Of a DNA stretch of 64,000 nt, positions 10,189 through 19,116 are shown one piece after another. Position 1 is the stretch's first letter; every line of letters starts with the position of its first letter. Source of the stretch: Spirochaetia bacterium (GTDB taxonomy: Bacteria > Spirochaetota > Spirochaetia > DSM-2461); assembly GCA_963666985.2 (NCBI GenBank), contig CAXXIA010000002.1, positions 384,001 through 448,000 on the forward strand. Reading direction: 5' to 3'. The position numbers were made by a program, and so were the translations under genes. The notes under the pieces were generated by a model. That model was not told the origin of the DNA and made no database searches. It saw only the letters and a list, made by a program, of their open reading frames with translations.

Positions 10189-11154
10189 TTAACGCCGCAC
10201 TTCTCCCAAACGCGCCGCAACCCTTAACGCGAGAGCCAGCGACGCACGCTTTGCCTCTTGTGAATCCGAACGGCTGGTCAGAACAACGGGAATCGAAGCT
10301 CCGGCCAGAATGCCCGCGGCCCGGGCCCCGGCAAACACCGTCAAAGACTTATATAGGATATTGCCCGCGTCGAGGTTCGGCGCCAAATAAATATCCGCCC
10401 GGCCGGCGACGGAACTCTTCAGCCCCTTGATCCGCGCGGCTTCGGCCGAAGCCGCCACATCCAGAGCGAATGGGCCCTCAGCCACCGCATCCCCGAGTCC
10501 GCCGCCGTTCACCCAGTCGGCCAGAGCCGCGGCATCCGCGGTACTGGGGATTTTATCATTCACCTTCTCCACCGGCGCCAGAAGAGCAATCCGGGGAGCG
10601 GAGAAATCCAGAGCCCGGGCAATCGTCACAGCATTAAACAGGATGCGCTTCTTCGCCTCCAAATCCGGTGCGATGTTGATCGCCGCATCGGTGAGCAGAA
10701 AGGGTTTCCCGTTACGGGGATCCTCGAAGAGCACGAGATGACTCAAAAGCGCATTCCCGCCGATCAGTCCCTCTTCCTTATCCAAAATCGCTCGGGTAAA
10801 CGAAGCCGTTCCCACATGGCCCTTCATAATCACACCCGCCTGTCCGCGGGCGCAGAGCCGAACGGCCTCGCGGCAGTATCCCGCCTCGGATCCGTTCAAC
10901 GACTTCTCGGGTTCCAGAATAACGGCCCCCGAGAGATCCGCTCCGGCCTTCGCGGCGGCGGCTTCGACGGCCTCTCCGTCTCCCACAAGGATGAATGAAA
11001 TCCCCGCCTTATACCCCGCCTTATACCCCGCCGAGACCATTCCCATTACCGCCTCATCGTCACCGCCGGCAACGGCGACGGTTCTCTCCGGCCCGCCGGA
11101 ATCCCTCAAATCCGTATGTTCCGAATTGAAAGCCGTCAGTTCTTCGAAAGTCAT
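10189..11154 (-). CDS. ptb: Phosphate butyryl-/branched-chain acyltransferase
   Basis: MKGHVGT, LLSH, TDAAINIAP, EGPFALD, PNLDAGNILYK and VVLTSRSDS; adjacent to buk. Confidence 0.88.
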   Translation of the reverse strand: MTFEELTAFNSEHTDLRDSGGPERTVAVAGGDDEAVMGMVSAGYKAGYKAGISFILVGDGEAVEAAAAKAGADLSGAVILEPEKSLNGSEAGYCREAVRLCARGQAGVIMKGHVGTASFTRAILDKEEGLIGGNALLSHLVLFEDPRNGKPFLLTDAAINIAPDLEAKKRILFNAVTIARALDFSAPRIALLAPVEKVNDKIPSTADAAALADWVNGGGLGDAVAEGPFALDVAASAEAARIKGLKSSVAGRADIYLAPNLDAGNILYKSLTVFAGARAAGILAGASIPVVLTSRSDSQEAKRASLALALRVAARLGEVRR

Positions 11155-12554
11155 TTCCGGTACTCCTTAGCCTCTTCCTCGCCGGAGAGAATCCGGAGGG
11201 CGCCCTCGGCCAGAGCCTCCATTTCCCGTTCTCCCGGGACGATCTCAACCGGGGCCATCCAGCCGCAGAGGGCCCGCAGCCGATCGGTTAATGCTTCACT
11301 GTACGCCATGCCGCCGGTAAAGATGATCGCATCGATCCGGCCTTCCAGCGTCGCGCCGTGGGCGCAGACGGCCTGGGCGATTTGACGGCACATCGCCTCG
11401 AAAACCACGGACGCGGGGGGACGGCCGATATCAATGGAAGTGCCGGAGAGAACCGTCCGGATTCGCCCGGCCGAGGATGCCTCCGGACATCCGGAAGGCG
11501 ACGCACCCGCCTCTTTCGCCTCTTCCCCCTTTACAGCCTTTACCGTCTCCGCACTCTCCGCTTCCGCCGCAACACTTTCCGCCGCAGCAGCAGTTTCAGC
11601 CTCCGCCCGACGGATAAGTTCCCGCAAATCGTTCGTACCGCAATACGCCACCAGCCCGCCGCCGCCTTTAATCATTCGGCGAATCTCGCTCTCGGACTTT
11701 CCCGAATGAAAGCAGAGCGACACAACCTGTCCGACCGGCAGAGTGCCGCTTCGCTCCGGGGTGAACGGACCGTCTCCGTCCAGACCGTTGTTGACGTCGA
11801 TCACCTTCCCGCCGACGTGCGCGCCGACGGTAATGCCGCCCCCCATATGGACCACGATAAAACGGCAGTCCTCATAGGCCTTACCGAGCCGGCGTGCCGT
11901 AAGACGCGCCACGCTCCTCTGGTTCAGGGCGTGAAACACACTGCGCCGCGGTAAATCCGGATGTCCCGAGAGACGGGCCGCGTCGTCCAGTTCATCCACC
12001 ACCACCGGATCGACGATGAAGGCGGGACAATCGGAACGGTCGGCGATTTCCCGCGCCAGCGGAGCTCCGAGATTGCTGGCATGCTCGCCGTAGCGTCCGC
12101 TTCTTAAATCGGAAAGAAGATCCGGTCCGACCGTATAAACCCCGCCCTCAAGAGGACGAAGCAGCCCCCCGCGGCCCACCACCGCATCGAGATTACGTTC
12201 AACACAGCCCTTCTCCCTTAAAAACCGCCTGATAACGGCTTCACGGAAAAAAAGCTGATCCAAAAGGCGTTCGAAAGCGGCAAGATCTTCCGTACCGTGT
12301 TCAACGGATGCTTCGGCGGTCTTTTCGGGACCGAGAAATAAAGCGACTTTGGTTGATGTTGATCCGGGATTAATCACCAGGATGCGCGGACGAACTTCTC
12401 CCCGCAAAGCCGCGATCGAAGGCGCCGCCGAAACCTCGCCGCCGAGTCCCCTGGAAACAGTCCTTTTGCCGGAAGGCGCATTGGAGGCTGAAGCTTCAAC
12501 ACCGCGCTTATCCCGAATCGGCTTCCCGGAAGAAGATTCAGATGCGGCCGGCAT
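11151..12554 (-). CDS. buk: Butyrate/branched-chain carboxylate kinase with N-terminal extension and internal insertion
   Basis: ILVINPGSTSTK, GRGGLL, HASNLGA, FHALNQ, HMGGG and PERSG. Start uncertain (ATG 12554 or TTG 12584). Confidence 0.9.
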   Translation of the reverse strand: MPAASESSSGKPIRDKRGVEASASNAPSGKRTVSRGLGGEVSAAPSIAALRGEVRPRILVINPGSTSTKVALFLGPEKTAEASVEHGTEDLAAFERLLDQLFFREAVIRRFLREKGCVERNLDAVVGRGGLLRPLEGGVYTVGPDLLSDLRSGRYGEHASNLGAPLAREIADRSDCPAFIVDPVVVDELDDAARLSGHPDLPRRSVFHALNQRSVARLTARRLGKAYEDCRFIVVHMGGGITVGAHVGGKVIDVNNGLDGDGPFTPERSGTLPVGQVVSLCFHSGKSESEIRRMIKGGGGLVAYCGTNDLRELIRRAEAETAAAAESVAAEAESAETVKAVKGEEAKEAGASPSGCPEASSAGRIRTVLSGTSIDIGRPPASVVFEAMCRQIAQAVCAHGATLEGRIDAIIFTGGMAYSEALTDRLRALCGWMAPVEIVPGEREMEALAEGALRILSGEEEAKEYRK

Positions 12555-13956
12555 GGAACTCCTCGGCAAGGCGGACAAGCTCAAGATTCACATCGGCCAG
12601 TTCCTTCTTTTTAAGCGACTTCGGAATAACCGTTTTCAGCGTCTCAATTCCGGGCGTGCCCGTTTCCAGAAGGAACAGGGAAAGCATCACGATATTGGCG
12701 CCTTTCATGAAACCCGCTTCGGCGGCCATGGCGCTGACCGGCGCATAAAGAACCTTTACATCGTCGCGTTTCACGCGATTTTTCACCAGCGAACTGTTGA
12801 CGAAAATCAGGCCCCCCGAAACCACGGTATCCTCGAAAGCCTCCAATGACGGACCGTTCATCGCCAAAAGGGCCGTGGGTTTATCCACCACGGGAGAGGC
12901 GACCGGTTCATGGGAAAGCACGATTCCGGCATTGGCGGTTCCGCCCCGCATCTCCGGACCATAAGAAGGAAGCCATGTCGCCTCCAAGCCTTCGGCTATG
13001 GCCGCGTTGGCAAGCAGCGTTCCGGCCGACATCACGCCCTGTCCGCCGAATCCCGCGATTTTCACCCGGCCCTCGCCGTCAAGAGAGGCTCCCTTCAGCG
13101 TTTCTTCGCCGCTTTCGGCTCCCAGAAGTTCCCTGAGCTCTTTATCTTCCAGGAAAGGAAGCCGCCCTGTTCCCCGCGTTCCCTCTTCTCTGTTTCTGAA
13201 GGATTTCACTTCAAAAATCTTCTCCAGTGATTCCTTCATCCAGGAACGCGCTTTTATCGGAGTCATCTTCCAGCCCACGGGGCAGGGAGAGAGAATCTCC
13301 ACGAAACTGAAGCCTCTCCTTTCCACCTGGTTTGCGAGGGCTTTTCGAATCGCTTTGCGCGTTTTCAGAACTCCCGCCGAGTCGGAAAGACTGCAGCGTT
13401 CAATAAACGCCGGACCGTCCAGGGCGTTGAGCATTTCGGCCATATGGATGGGACCGCCTTCACGATCCGCCAGACGCCCGAGCGGCGTCGTCATCGTTTC
13501 CTGCCCCAAAAGCGTCGTCGGCGCCATCTGTCCGCCCGTCATGCCGTAGATGGCGTTGTTTACGAAAAAAACGGCCATGTTTTCGCCGCGGTTGGCCGCA
13601 TGGACGATTTCCGCGGTGCCGATCCCGGCCAAATCCCCATCGCCCTGATAAGAAATAACAATGGCTTCGTCCAGACTCCGAGCCACGCCGGTTCCCACGG
13701 CGGGCGCTCGGCCGTGGGCGCACTGAATGTTCCCGGTATCGAAATAGTAGTAGCCGAACACAGAACAGCCCACCGGCGAAAGAAAAACCGTCCGGTCGCG
13801 AATCCCCATGTCCGCCAGGGCCTCGGCGATGAGTTTATGAACCGATCCGTGGCCGCAGCCCGGACAGTAATGCGTCGTCCGGGCGGCCGGTCCGTCCTGC
13901 GGGCTTTTTCGAAAGAAGGTCTCATAAAACCCCTTCGGCTTGGCATGCTTAACCAT
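12538..13956 (-). CDS. vorA: 2-oxoacid:ferredoxin oxidoreductase fused beta-gamma subunit (VorA-like)
   Basis: Beta part: HYCPGCGHG, YQGDGD, NNAIYGMTGGQ. Gamma part: AGFGGQG, PSYGPEMRGG. Confidence 0.85.
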   Translation of the reverse strand: MVKHAKPKGFYETFFRKSPQDGPAARTTHYCPGCGHGSVHKLIAEALADMGIRDRTVFLSPVGCSVFGYYYFDTGNIQCAHGRAPAVGTGVARSLDEAIVISYQGDGDLAGIGTAEIVHAANRGENMAVFFVNNAIYGMTGGQMAPTTLLGQETMTTPLGRLADREGGPIHMAEMLNALDGPAFIERCSLSDSAGVLKTRKAIRKALANQVERRGFSFVEILSPCPVGWKMTPIKARSWMKESLEKIFEVKSFRNREEGTRGTGRLPFLEDKELRELLGAESGEETLKGASLDGEGRVKIAGFGGQGVMSAGTLLANAAIAEGLEATWLPSYGPEMRGGTANAGIVLSHEPVASPVVDKPTALLAMNGPSLEAFEDTVVSGGLIFVNSSLVKNRVKRDDVKVLYAPVSAMAAEAGFMKGANIVMLSLFLLETGTPGIETLKTVIPKSLKKKELADVNLELVRLAEEFHAGRI

Positions 13957-14998
13957 GGAGATCCTCCTTTACCCGCGAAATCAATTCCTCGTCCGTGGGA
14001 ACTATGCCGCCGAACCAATTGTACTTACGCACGGGACAGGCACCCTTCACCGCCACTTCCGCGTCGACGGCCATCATACCGTTGTTGAGCTCCGCCACGG
14101 CCAGACCTTTTAAACCGCCTGCGAGCTCGGCGATCCTCTCCGAGGGGAAAGGGAACAGTGTTTTCGGCCGAAGAAGACCGACGGGCAGCCCCTCCCGCCG
14201 CATCCGCCGAACGGCGCTCGTGGCGATTCGCGAGGTAATGCCGAAAGCCACCAACAAAAATTCCGCTCCCTCTGTTTCCACTTCTTCCCAATCGGTCAAA
14301 TCACGCTCAACGCGCGCGTATTTCTCCTGAAGATGAAGATTGAGTTCCGACATCCCCTTCTGATTCATAACGATGGATGAAACAAGGTTTTCGCGGCTCT
14401 CGGCATCGGCATACAGGGCCCACCCTTTTCGGGCGCCGTGACGCACGGTTTCGGGGAATCCGACGGGCTCCATCATTTGCCCGATGTAAGCATCGGAAAG
14501 AATGATGACCGTCATCCGGTAAGCATCCGCGATGTCGAAGGCGCGGTACGCGAAATCCGTCATTTCCTGTCCGGAAGACGGTGCGAGAACGATATTCTTA
14601 AAGGCCCCGTGCCCCCCTCCCCTGCAGCACATATCGTAGTCGGACTGCTCGGGCCAGATGTTTCCCAATCCGGGACCGGCCCGCTGAACATCGACAAGAA
14701 CCGCGGGCAGTTCGGCTCCCGCCATGTAGCTGATTCCCTCAAGCATCAGTGATATTCCAGGTCCCGAGGATGCACTCATCACACGGGCTCCGGCCGAAGC
14801 GGCGCCGTAAATCATGTTGATGGCGCTGGTCTCGCTCTCGGCCTGAAGGAACGTGCGTCCGGAGCGTGTAAACAAATCGGCGGCTCCGTGAGCGATTTCA
14901 CTCGCCGGAGTGATGGGGTATCCGAAAAAATGAGTGGCTCCGCCCAGAAGAGCTCCGCGGACTATGGCCTCGTTTCCTTTAATCAGCGTCTTTCTCAT
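13949..14998 (-). CDS. vorB: 2-oxoisovalerate-type ferredoxin oxidoreductase alpha subunit (VorB-like)
   Basis: KGNEA, FFGYPITP, QAESE, SSGPG.SL and R.GPGLG.I..EQSDY. SD GGAGG before ATG 14998. Confidence 0.85.
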   Translation of the reverse strand: MRKTLIKGNEAIVRGALLGGATHFFGYPITPASEIAHGAADLFTRSGRTFLQAESETSAINMIYGAASAGARVMSASSGPGISLMLEGISYMAGAELPAVLVDVQRAGPGLGNIWPEQSDYDMCCRGGGHGAFKNIVLAPSSGQEMTDFAYRAFDIADAYRMTVIILSDAYIGQMMEPVGFPETVRHGARKGWALYADAESRENLVSSIVMNQKGMSELNLHLQEKYARVERDLTDWEEVETEGAEFLLVAFGITSRIATSAVRRMRREGLPVGLLRPKTLFPFPSERIAELAGGLKGLAVAELNNGMMAVDAEVAVKGACPVRKYNWFGGIVPTDEELISRVKEDLHG

Positions 14999-15012
14999 CG
15001 AAAATCCCTCCA

Positions 15013-15129
15013 TAAAAGATGGATTTGGTTTGGAGAGAAGGAGTGGGGAACGCAGAAAGCGCAATGTAGCTGAGCTACATGAGCATTTCGAGTACTCCAT
15101 GACACACTATCCGGACCAAAGACGCTTTT
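15013..15129 (-). repeat. Degenerate copy of the ~150-bp MITE-like structured repeat (TIRs eroded)
   Basis: Reverse complement is colinear with 62306-62425, sharing CTCGAAATGCTCA, TGCGCTTTCTG and AACCAAATC. Confidence 0.75.
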
Positions 15130-15140
15130 AAAAAATTTTC

Positions 15141-15362
15141 TCATGCGTCCGCTCCCTTTATTACCGTCAACACCCCCGGTTCCGGGCAAACGTAAAAACA
15201 AAGCCCGCAGGCCGTACAGCCTTTCTGACTGAACCGAACGGCCTGATAACCCAAAACATTGATATCGCTTCCCAATGAAAGACAGTGCTTCGGGCATGTC
15301 TCCACGCAGACACGGCATGCTTTACAGAGATCGGAATTCACATCGACATAATTTCCGGCCAC
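15141..15362 (-). CDS. 2x[4Fe-4S] ferredoxin (delta subunit of the oxidoreductase)
   Basis: CKACRVCVETCP and CTACGLCFYVCP; GTG start with GGAGGAG SD. Confidence 0.92.
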   Translation of the reverse strand: MAGNYVDVNSDLCKACRVCVETCPKHCLSLGSDINVLGYQAVRFSQKGCTACGLCFYVCPEPGVLTVIKGADA

Positions 15363-15446
15363 CGACTCCTCCTCATCATGATGAATTTCTCCGGCGCTTC
15401 CGGCCGACTTTGAAAAAATGAGTCTTTTCCCAAAGCGGCGCGGCGC

Positions 15447-15980
15447 TTATATGGCGGAAAAGAGTTCTTCTTCTCCCTCTCCGAAATAATTGATGCTGCT
15501 CAGACTTTCACTCACGCCGTCGGCGATGCGCTCAACATCGATATGATGCCCGGGACAGCCCAGTTTCCCGCAGACAATGATGGAATTTCTTCCTCCGGGA
15601 AGACGAAGTTCAATGCCGTGAGTTTCCCCGCATCCCTCAATAGGACATTTCCACGGCACCATCAGACTTGATGAGTCGGCGGGACTAAACGCCTCAATGG
15701 TCTTTCCGCTCGAAAAATCCGGAATAAAACTGTAGAGCTTGGCATGGCTTCCCCAATAGGCATCCACGAAGATAACTCCTTCGGAATTGCCGACCCGGAC
15801 ATGGAGTTTAATCGAAGGCTCACCGTGAATATGAACGGCCTCATCCATCAGACTATTGCCGTTTAAGTCTTCTACACGGTCCATGACCAAATAGGGATGC
15901 CCCTTTCGGCTGACCAGCTTAATTCCGTCCGGGAGAACCCGCAGGAATTCCATCGGGATGTCTTTCGGCGTCAGTTCCAC
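15447..15980 (-). CDS. Hypothetical Cys/His-rich protein leading the vor-buk-ptb operon
   Basis: 177-aa ORF with AAGGAGG SD; motifs CPIEGC and CGKLGCPGH. Confidence 0.75.
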   Translation of the reverse strand: MELTPKDIPMEFLRVLPDGIKLVSRKGHPYLVMDRVEDLNGNSLMDEAVHIHGEPSIKLHVRVGNSEGVIFVDAYWGSHAKLYSFIPDFSSGKTIEAFSPADSSSLMVPWKCPIEGCGETHGIELRLPGGRNSIIVCGKLGCPGHHIDVERIADGVSESLSSINYFGEGEEELFSAI

Positions 15981-16200
15981 GTTTTTCCTCCTTAAAGAAG
16001 TATAGAACGACCGCGGACACGCTTAAAAGAAAAATATTCGTTAATTCCAGTTTATATTCTTCTGCCGAAATGGGCCCAAAAGGCATCCGGAAGACTTTTT
16101 TCGTTAATCCCGAAAATAAGAAGTACCGAATAAACGAAATGCCGAGGCGTCAAACGAATACCCGCCGCCGCGCGGGATTCCGGAAGACGGTATATCGAAC

Positions 16201-16229
16201 TTGACCCGCCTTCCCGCCGGCCTTACCTT
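16201..16229 (+). promoter_or_regulatory. Sigma70-like promoter of hflKC
   Basis: TTGACC-17 nt-TACCTT, upstream of AGGAGG SD and ATG 16266. Confidence 0.6.
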
Positions 16230-16265
16230 TAAGCCTGGCGTCCCAAACCGACGCCAGGAGGTTTC

Positions 16266-17294
16266 ATGGCAGATCAGAAAATCACTCCCGAAAAGTCCAA
16301 GAACCGTAAATTAAACAGCGGAATGCTCTTGGGGATTATAATTGCCGTTATCGTACTCATCGCCGTCGTCTCCAGTTTTTACACAGTGAACGCCAATGAA
16401 CGGGCGGTTGTTACCCGATTCGGCCGGTATCATGCCACCATGGAAGAAGGTCTTCAATGGAAACTGCCGTTCGGTATCGATCAGGTAACGAAAGTCACCC
16501 AGAAAGTTCTCTCAAAGCAGTTCGGATTTCGAACTCTGCAGGCCGGTGTTTCAACGACTTACGACCAGAAGGACTACTCGCATGAATCCGAAATGCTCAC
16601 CGGCGATCTGAACATCGTCGATGTAACGTGGATTATCGAGTATCGCATCACCGACCCGAAAGCCTGGCTGTTCAATGTGGACGACCGCCGCTTCTCCGGC
16701 GGAGACCGCTACGAAGACAACAGGGACAAGACGCTGCGGGATATTACCCAGTCGGTCATGAACCAGCTCGTCGGCGACCGCGCCATTCTCGACGTTATGA
16801 GCAACGAACGGGACAACATCGAATTTCAGGCTCTGGAGAAAATCCAGGAAAATCTCGATTTCTTCGAACTCGGCGTAAAATTGACGAAAGTCCGCATGCA
16901 GCAGGTTGTTCCTCCCGAAGGCGAAGTTCAGGACGCGTTTGAGGATGTCAACAAAGCCACTCAAGACAGAGAACGGCTCATCAATGAAGGGGAACAAGCC
17001 TATTACGCCGAGATTCCCCGCATCGAAGGCGAAGCCAAACAGCTCCTCGCGGAAGCCGAAGGATACCGTCAGTCCCGCATCAACAAGGCGAACGCCGAGG
17101 TGGCCCTTTTCCAGGCGATTTATGACGAATACAACCGCTCGCCCCGTTCAAAACAGGTTACCCGTGACCGGCTTTACTACGAGATGCTTACGGAGGTTCT
17201 CCAGAAAAGCGACAACACCGATCTTATCGACAGAGGACTGGAAAACTTCCTGCCTCTGAAAAATATCGGAACGGGAACCGGGGAGGGCCGCTAA
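16266..17294 (+). CDS. hflK: FtsH protease modulator HflK
   Basis: N-terminal TM, SPFH domain, MLTGDLNIVDV.W, VQDAFEDV and TRDRLYYE. Confidence 0.93.
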   Translation: MADQKITPEKSKNRKLNSGMLLGIIIAVIVLIAVVSSFYTVNANERAVVTRFGRYHATMEEGLQWKLPFGIDQVTKVTQKVLSKQFGFRTLQAGVSTTYDQKDYSHESEMLTGDLNIVDVTWIIEYRITDPKAWLFNVDDRRFSGGDRYEDNRDKTLRDITQSVMNQLVGDRAILDVMSNERDNIEFQALEKIQENLDFFELGVKLTKVRMQQVVPPEGEVQDAFEDVNKATQDRERLINEGEQAYYAEIPRIEGEAKQLLAEAEGYRQSRINKANAEVALFQAIYDEYNRSPRSKQVTRDRLYYEMLTEVLQKSDNTDLIDRGLENFLPLKNIGTGTGEGR

Positions 17295-17296
17295 AG

Positions 17297-18304
17297 ATGA
17301 ATAAAAACATCAAAGTTTTCGTTACCATCATTATCATCGTCATCGTCGTCGTCATCCTCAGACCCTTCTTCATCCTTCCCGAAGGCGAACAGGCCGTCGT
17401 AACCCGATTCGGAAAAATCGCCAAGGTGCATACGGAAGCGGGCCTGAAGCTGAAAGTTCCCGCCGTGGATCAAATTACACGGTACTCCAAGAAAATCCTT
17501 TCCTGGGACGGAGATCCTCAGCGTCTGCCCACCAGCGAACAGCAGTACATCTGGGTGGATACCACGGCCAGATGGCGCATCGTCGACCCGAAAGTGTTCT
17601 ACCAGCGGGTTACCGAAATGGACGAGGCCTATGCCAGGCTGGATAACGTAATCGAATCGGCCGTAAAAACGGTCGTGGCCCAATATCCGCTGACCGAATC
17701 GGTCCGCTCCTCGAACATCATCCTGGAGTCCGGTACCGCCATACTGAACTTCCGATCGGAAGATTCCGGCAATGCCGGAAAAAACGGCGACGGCGCTTCA
17801 TCCGCGGAAGAAGACAGCGTTAACGAACTTTTGGCCAATGCTTTCGCCCCCATCGATTTCGGACGGGAGCAGCTCTCGGAAGAAATGATCGAACGCTCTC
17901 AAGGCTCCATGCCCGAGTACGGGATTGAACTTCTGGACGTGGTGATTCGCCAAATTCGCTATTCCGACGATTTAACCCAATCCGTGTACGACAGAATGAT
18001 TTCCGAACGCCAGAAAGTGGCCACCGGTTTCCGCTCCGACGGAAACGGGCGAAAAGCGGAATGGCTCGGCATGCTGAACCGCGACCGGGATATCAAGCTT
18101 TCCGAAGCGGAAACCCAGGCCGCAAAAATCCGCGCGGAAGGAGACGAAGAAGCGGCAAGAATCTACTCGGAAGCCTACAGCGCCGATCCCGAATTCTACA
18201 AATTCTGGAAAGCCATGGAATCCTACAGAAAAGTATTGCCGGCGCAGAAGAAAGTGCTGAGCACGGATATGGAATTCTTCGACTATCTGTACGAATCGGA
18301 CTGA
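17297..18304 (+). CDS. hflC: FtsH protease modulator HflC
   Basis: SPFH domain, VYDRMISER, IYSEAYSADPEFY.F.KAMESY; follows hflK. Confidence 0.93.
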   Translation: MNKNIKVFVTIIIIVIVVVILRPFFILPEGEQAVVTRFGKIAKVHTEAGLKLKVPAVDQITRYSKKILSWDGDPQRLPTSEQQYIWVDTTARWRIVDPKVFYQRVTEMDEAYARLDNVIESAVKTVVAQYPLTESVRSSNIILESGTAILNFRSEDSGNAGKNGDGASSAEEDSVNELLANAFAPIDFGREQLSEEMIERSQGSMPEYGIELLDVVIRQIRYSDDLTQSVYDRMISERQKVATGFRSDGNGRKAEWLGMLNRDRDIKLSEAETQAAKIRAEGDEEAARIYSEAYSADPEFYKFWKAMESYRKVLPAQKKVLSTDMEFFDYLYESD

Positions 18305-18406
18305 CATGCGGCAATTCACCGCCGCGATGATTCATCGCGGCGATGCGGAAGAAGGCCGCGTATGCAGGGCTTCAGGCCCCGCGGAATCCTTCCGCCGCAT
18401 CCACCT

Positions 18407-18444
18407 AAAAAAAACAGCCGCCTCATGCCGAGCGGCTGTTTTTT
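18407..18444. terminator. Bidirectional rho-independent terminator
   Basis: A8-CAGCCGC...GCGGCTG-T6 between convergent genes. Confidence 0.8.
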
Positions 18445-18510
18445 CAAACGGACGCTTATCCCGATGGAAGCGTCCCGAAAAGAGGGCGAATCTTTTTTAC
18501 ACTTCGGCGG

Positions 18511-19013
18511 CTACCAAATCTGCCCAATCATCGCTTGAAAATGTATGAAGCTGCTCGTAACACCTCCGCCGAAGTCGAAATTCAGACGATATCCCAATTC
18601 AAAGGCCAGCCGGGCGCTGTTTTGCTCCCCAATAACGTATTGAATCCAAAAAAGGCATTTATTTTGGAATAATTCCCGCTGAAATCCGAATCTGCGAACG
18701 TACCGAAAATAGCCATGTAGTGATAACTGGCTCCGACATAGAAGGAATTATCGGTACTTTCTCTGAAATAGAACCTCGATCCTAATCCCGGTTCGAGAAA
18801 AACGACAAAATCATTATCAATACTGATGGGCAGGAACGTCACCTGACCCGTCAGCCCGACAGGTCCGAGAAAATACTCTCCTCCGACACCGATAGGTGCG
18901 AATGAGTCCAACAGCACCAAATGCAGACTGAACGTCGGAGAAACATCTTCTTCGGCACCGGCGAAACCGACAAGAACAAGGCAGAATAAAATGAGCAGGG
19001 CGGACTTCTTCAT
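18511..19013 (-). pseudogene. Small exported beta-barrel-like protein with a one-base frameshift (pseudogene or sequencing error)
   Basis: Signal peptide MKKSALLILFCLVLVGFAGA. Adding one base at the homopolymers near 18620-18630 continues as NSARLAFELGYRLNFDFGGGVTSSFIHFQAMIGQIW*, with amphipathic strands and a terminal aromatic residue. Confidence 0.65.
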
Positions 19014-19116
19014 TCCATACCTCCAAACGGAAAATATTCCCGTAATGAACAGTTTAGCCCAACGGATTAAGGATATCACCTCGACCCTACGGTAAAAATC
19101 ATGTTATGAGCATATT

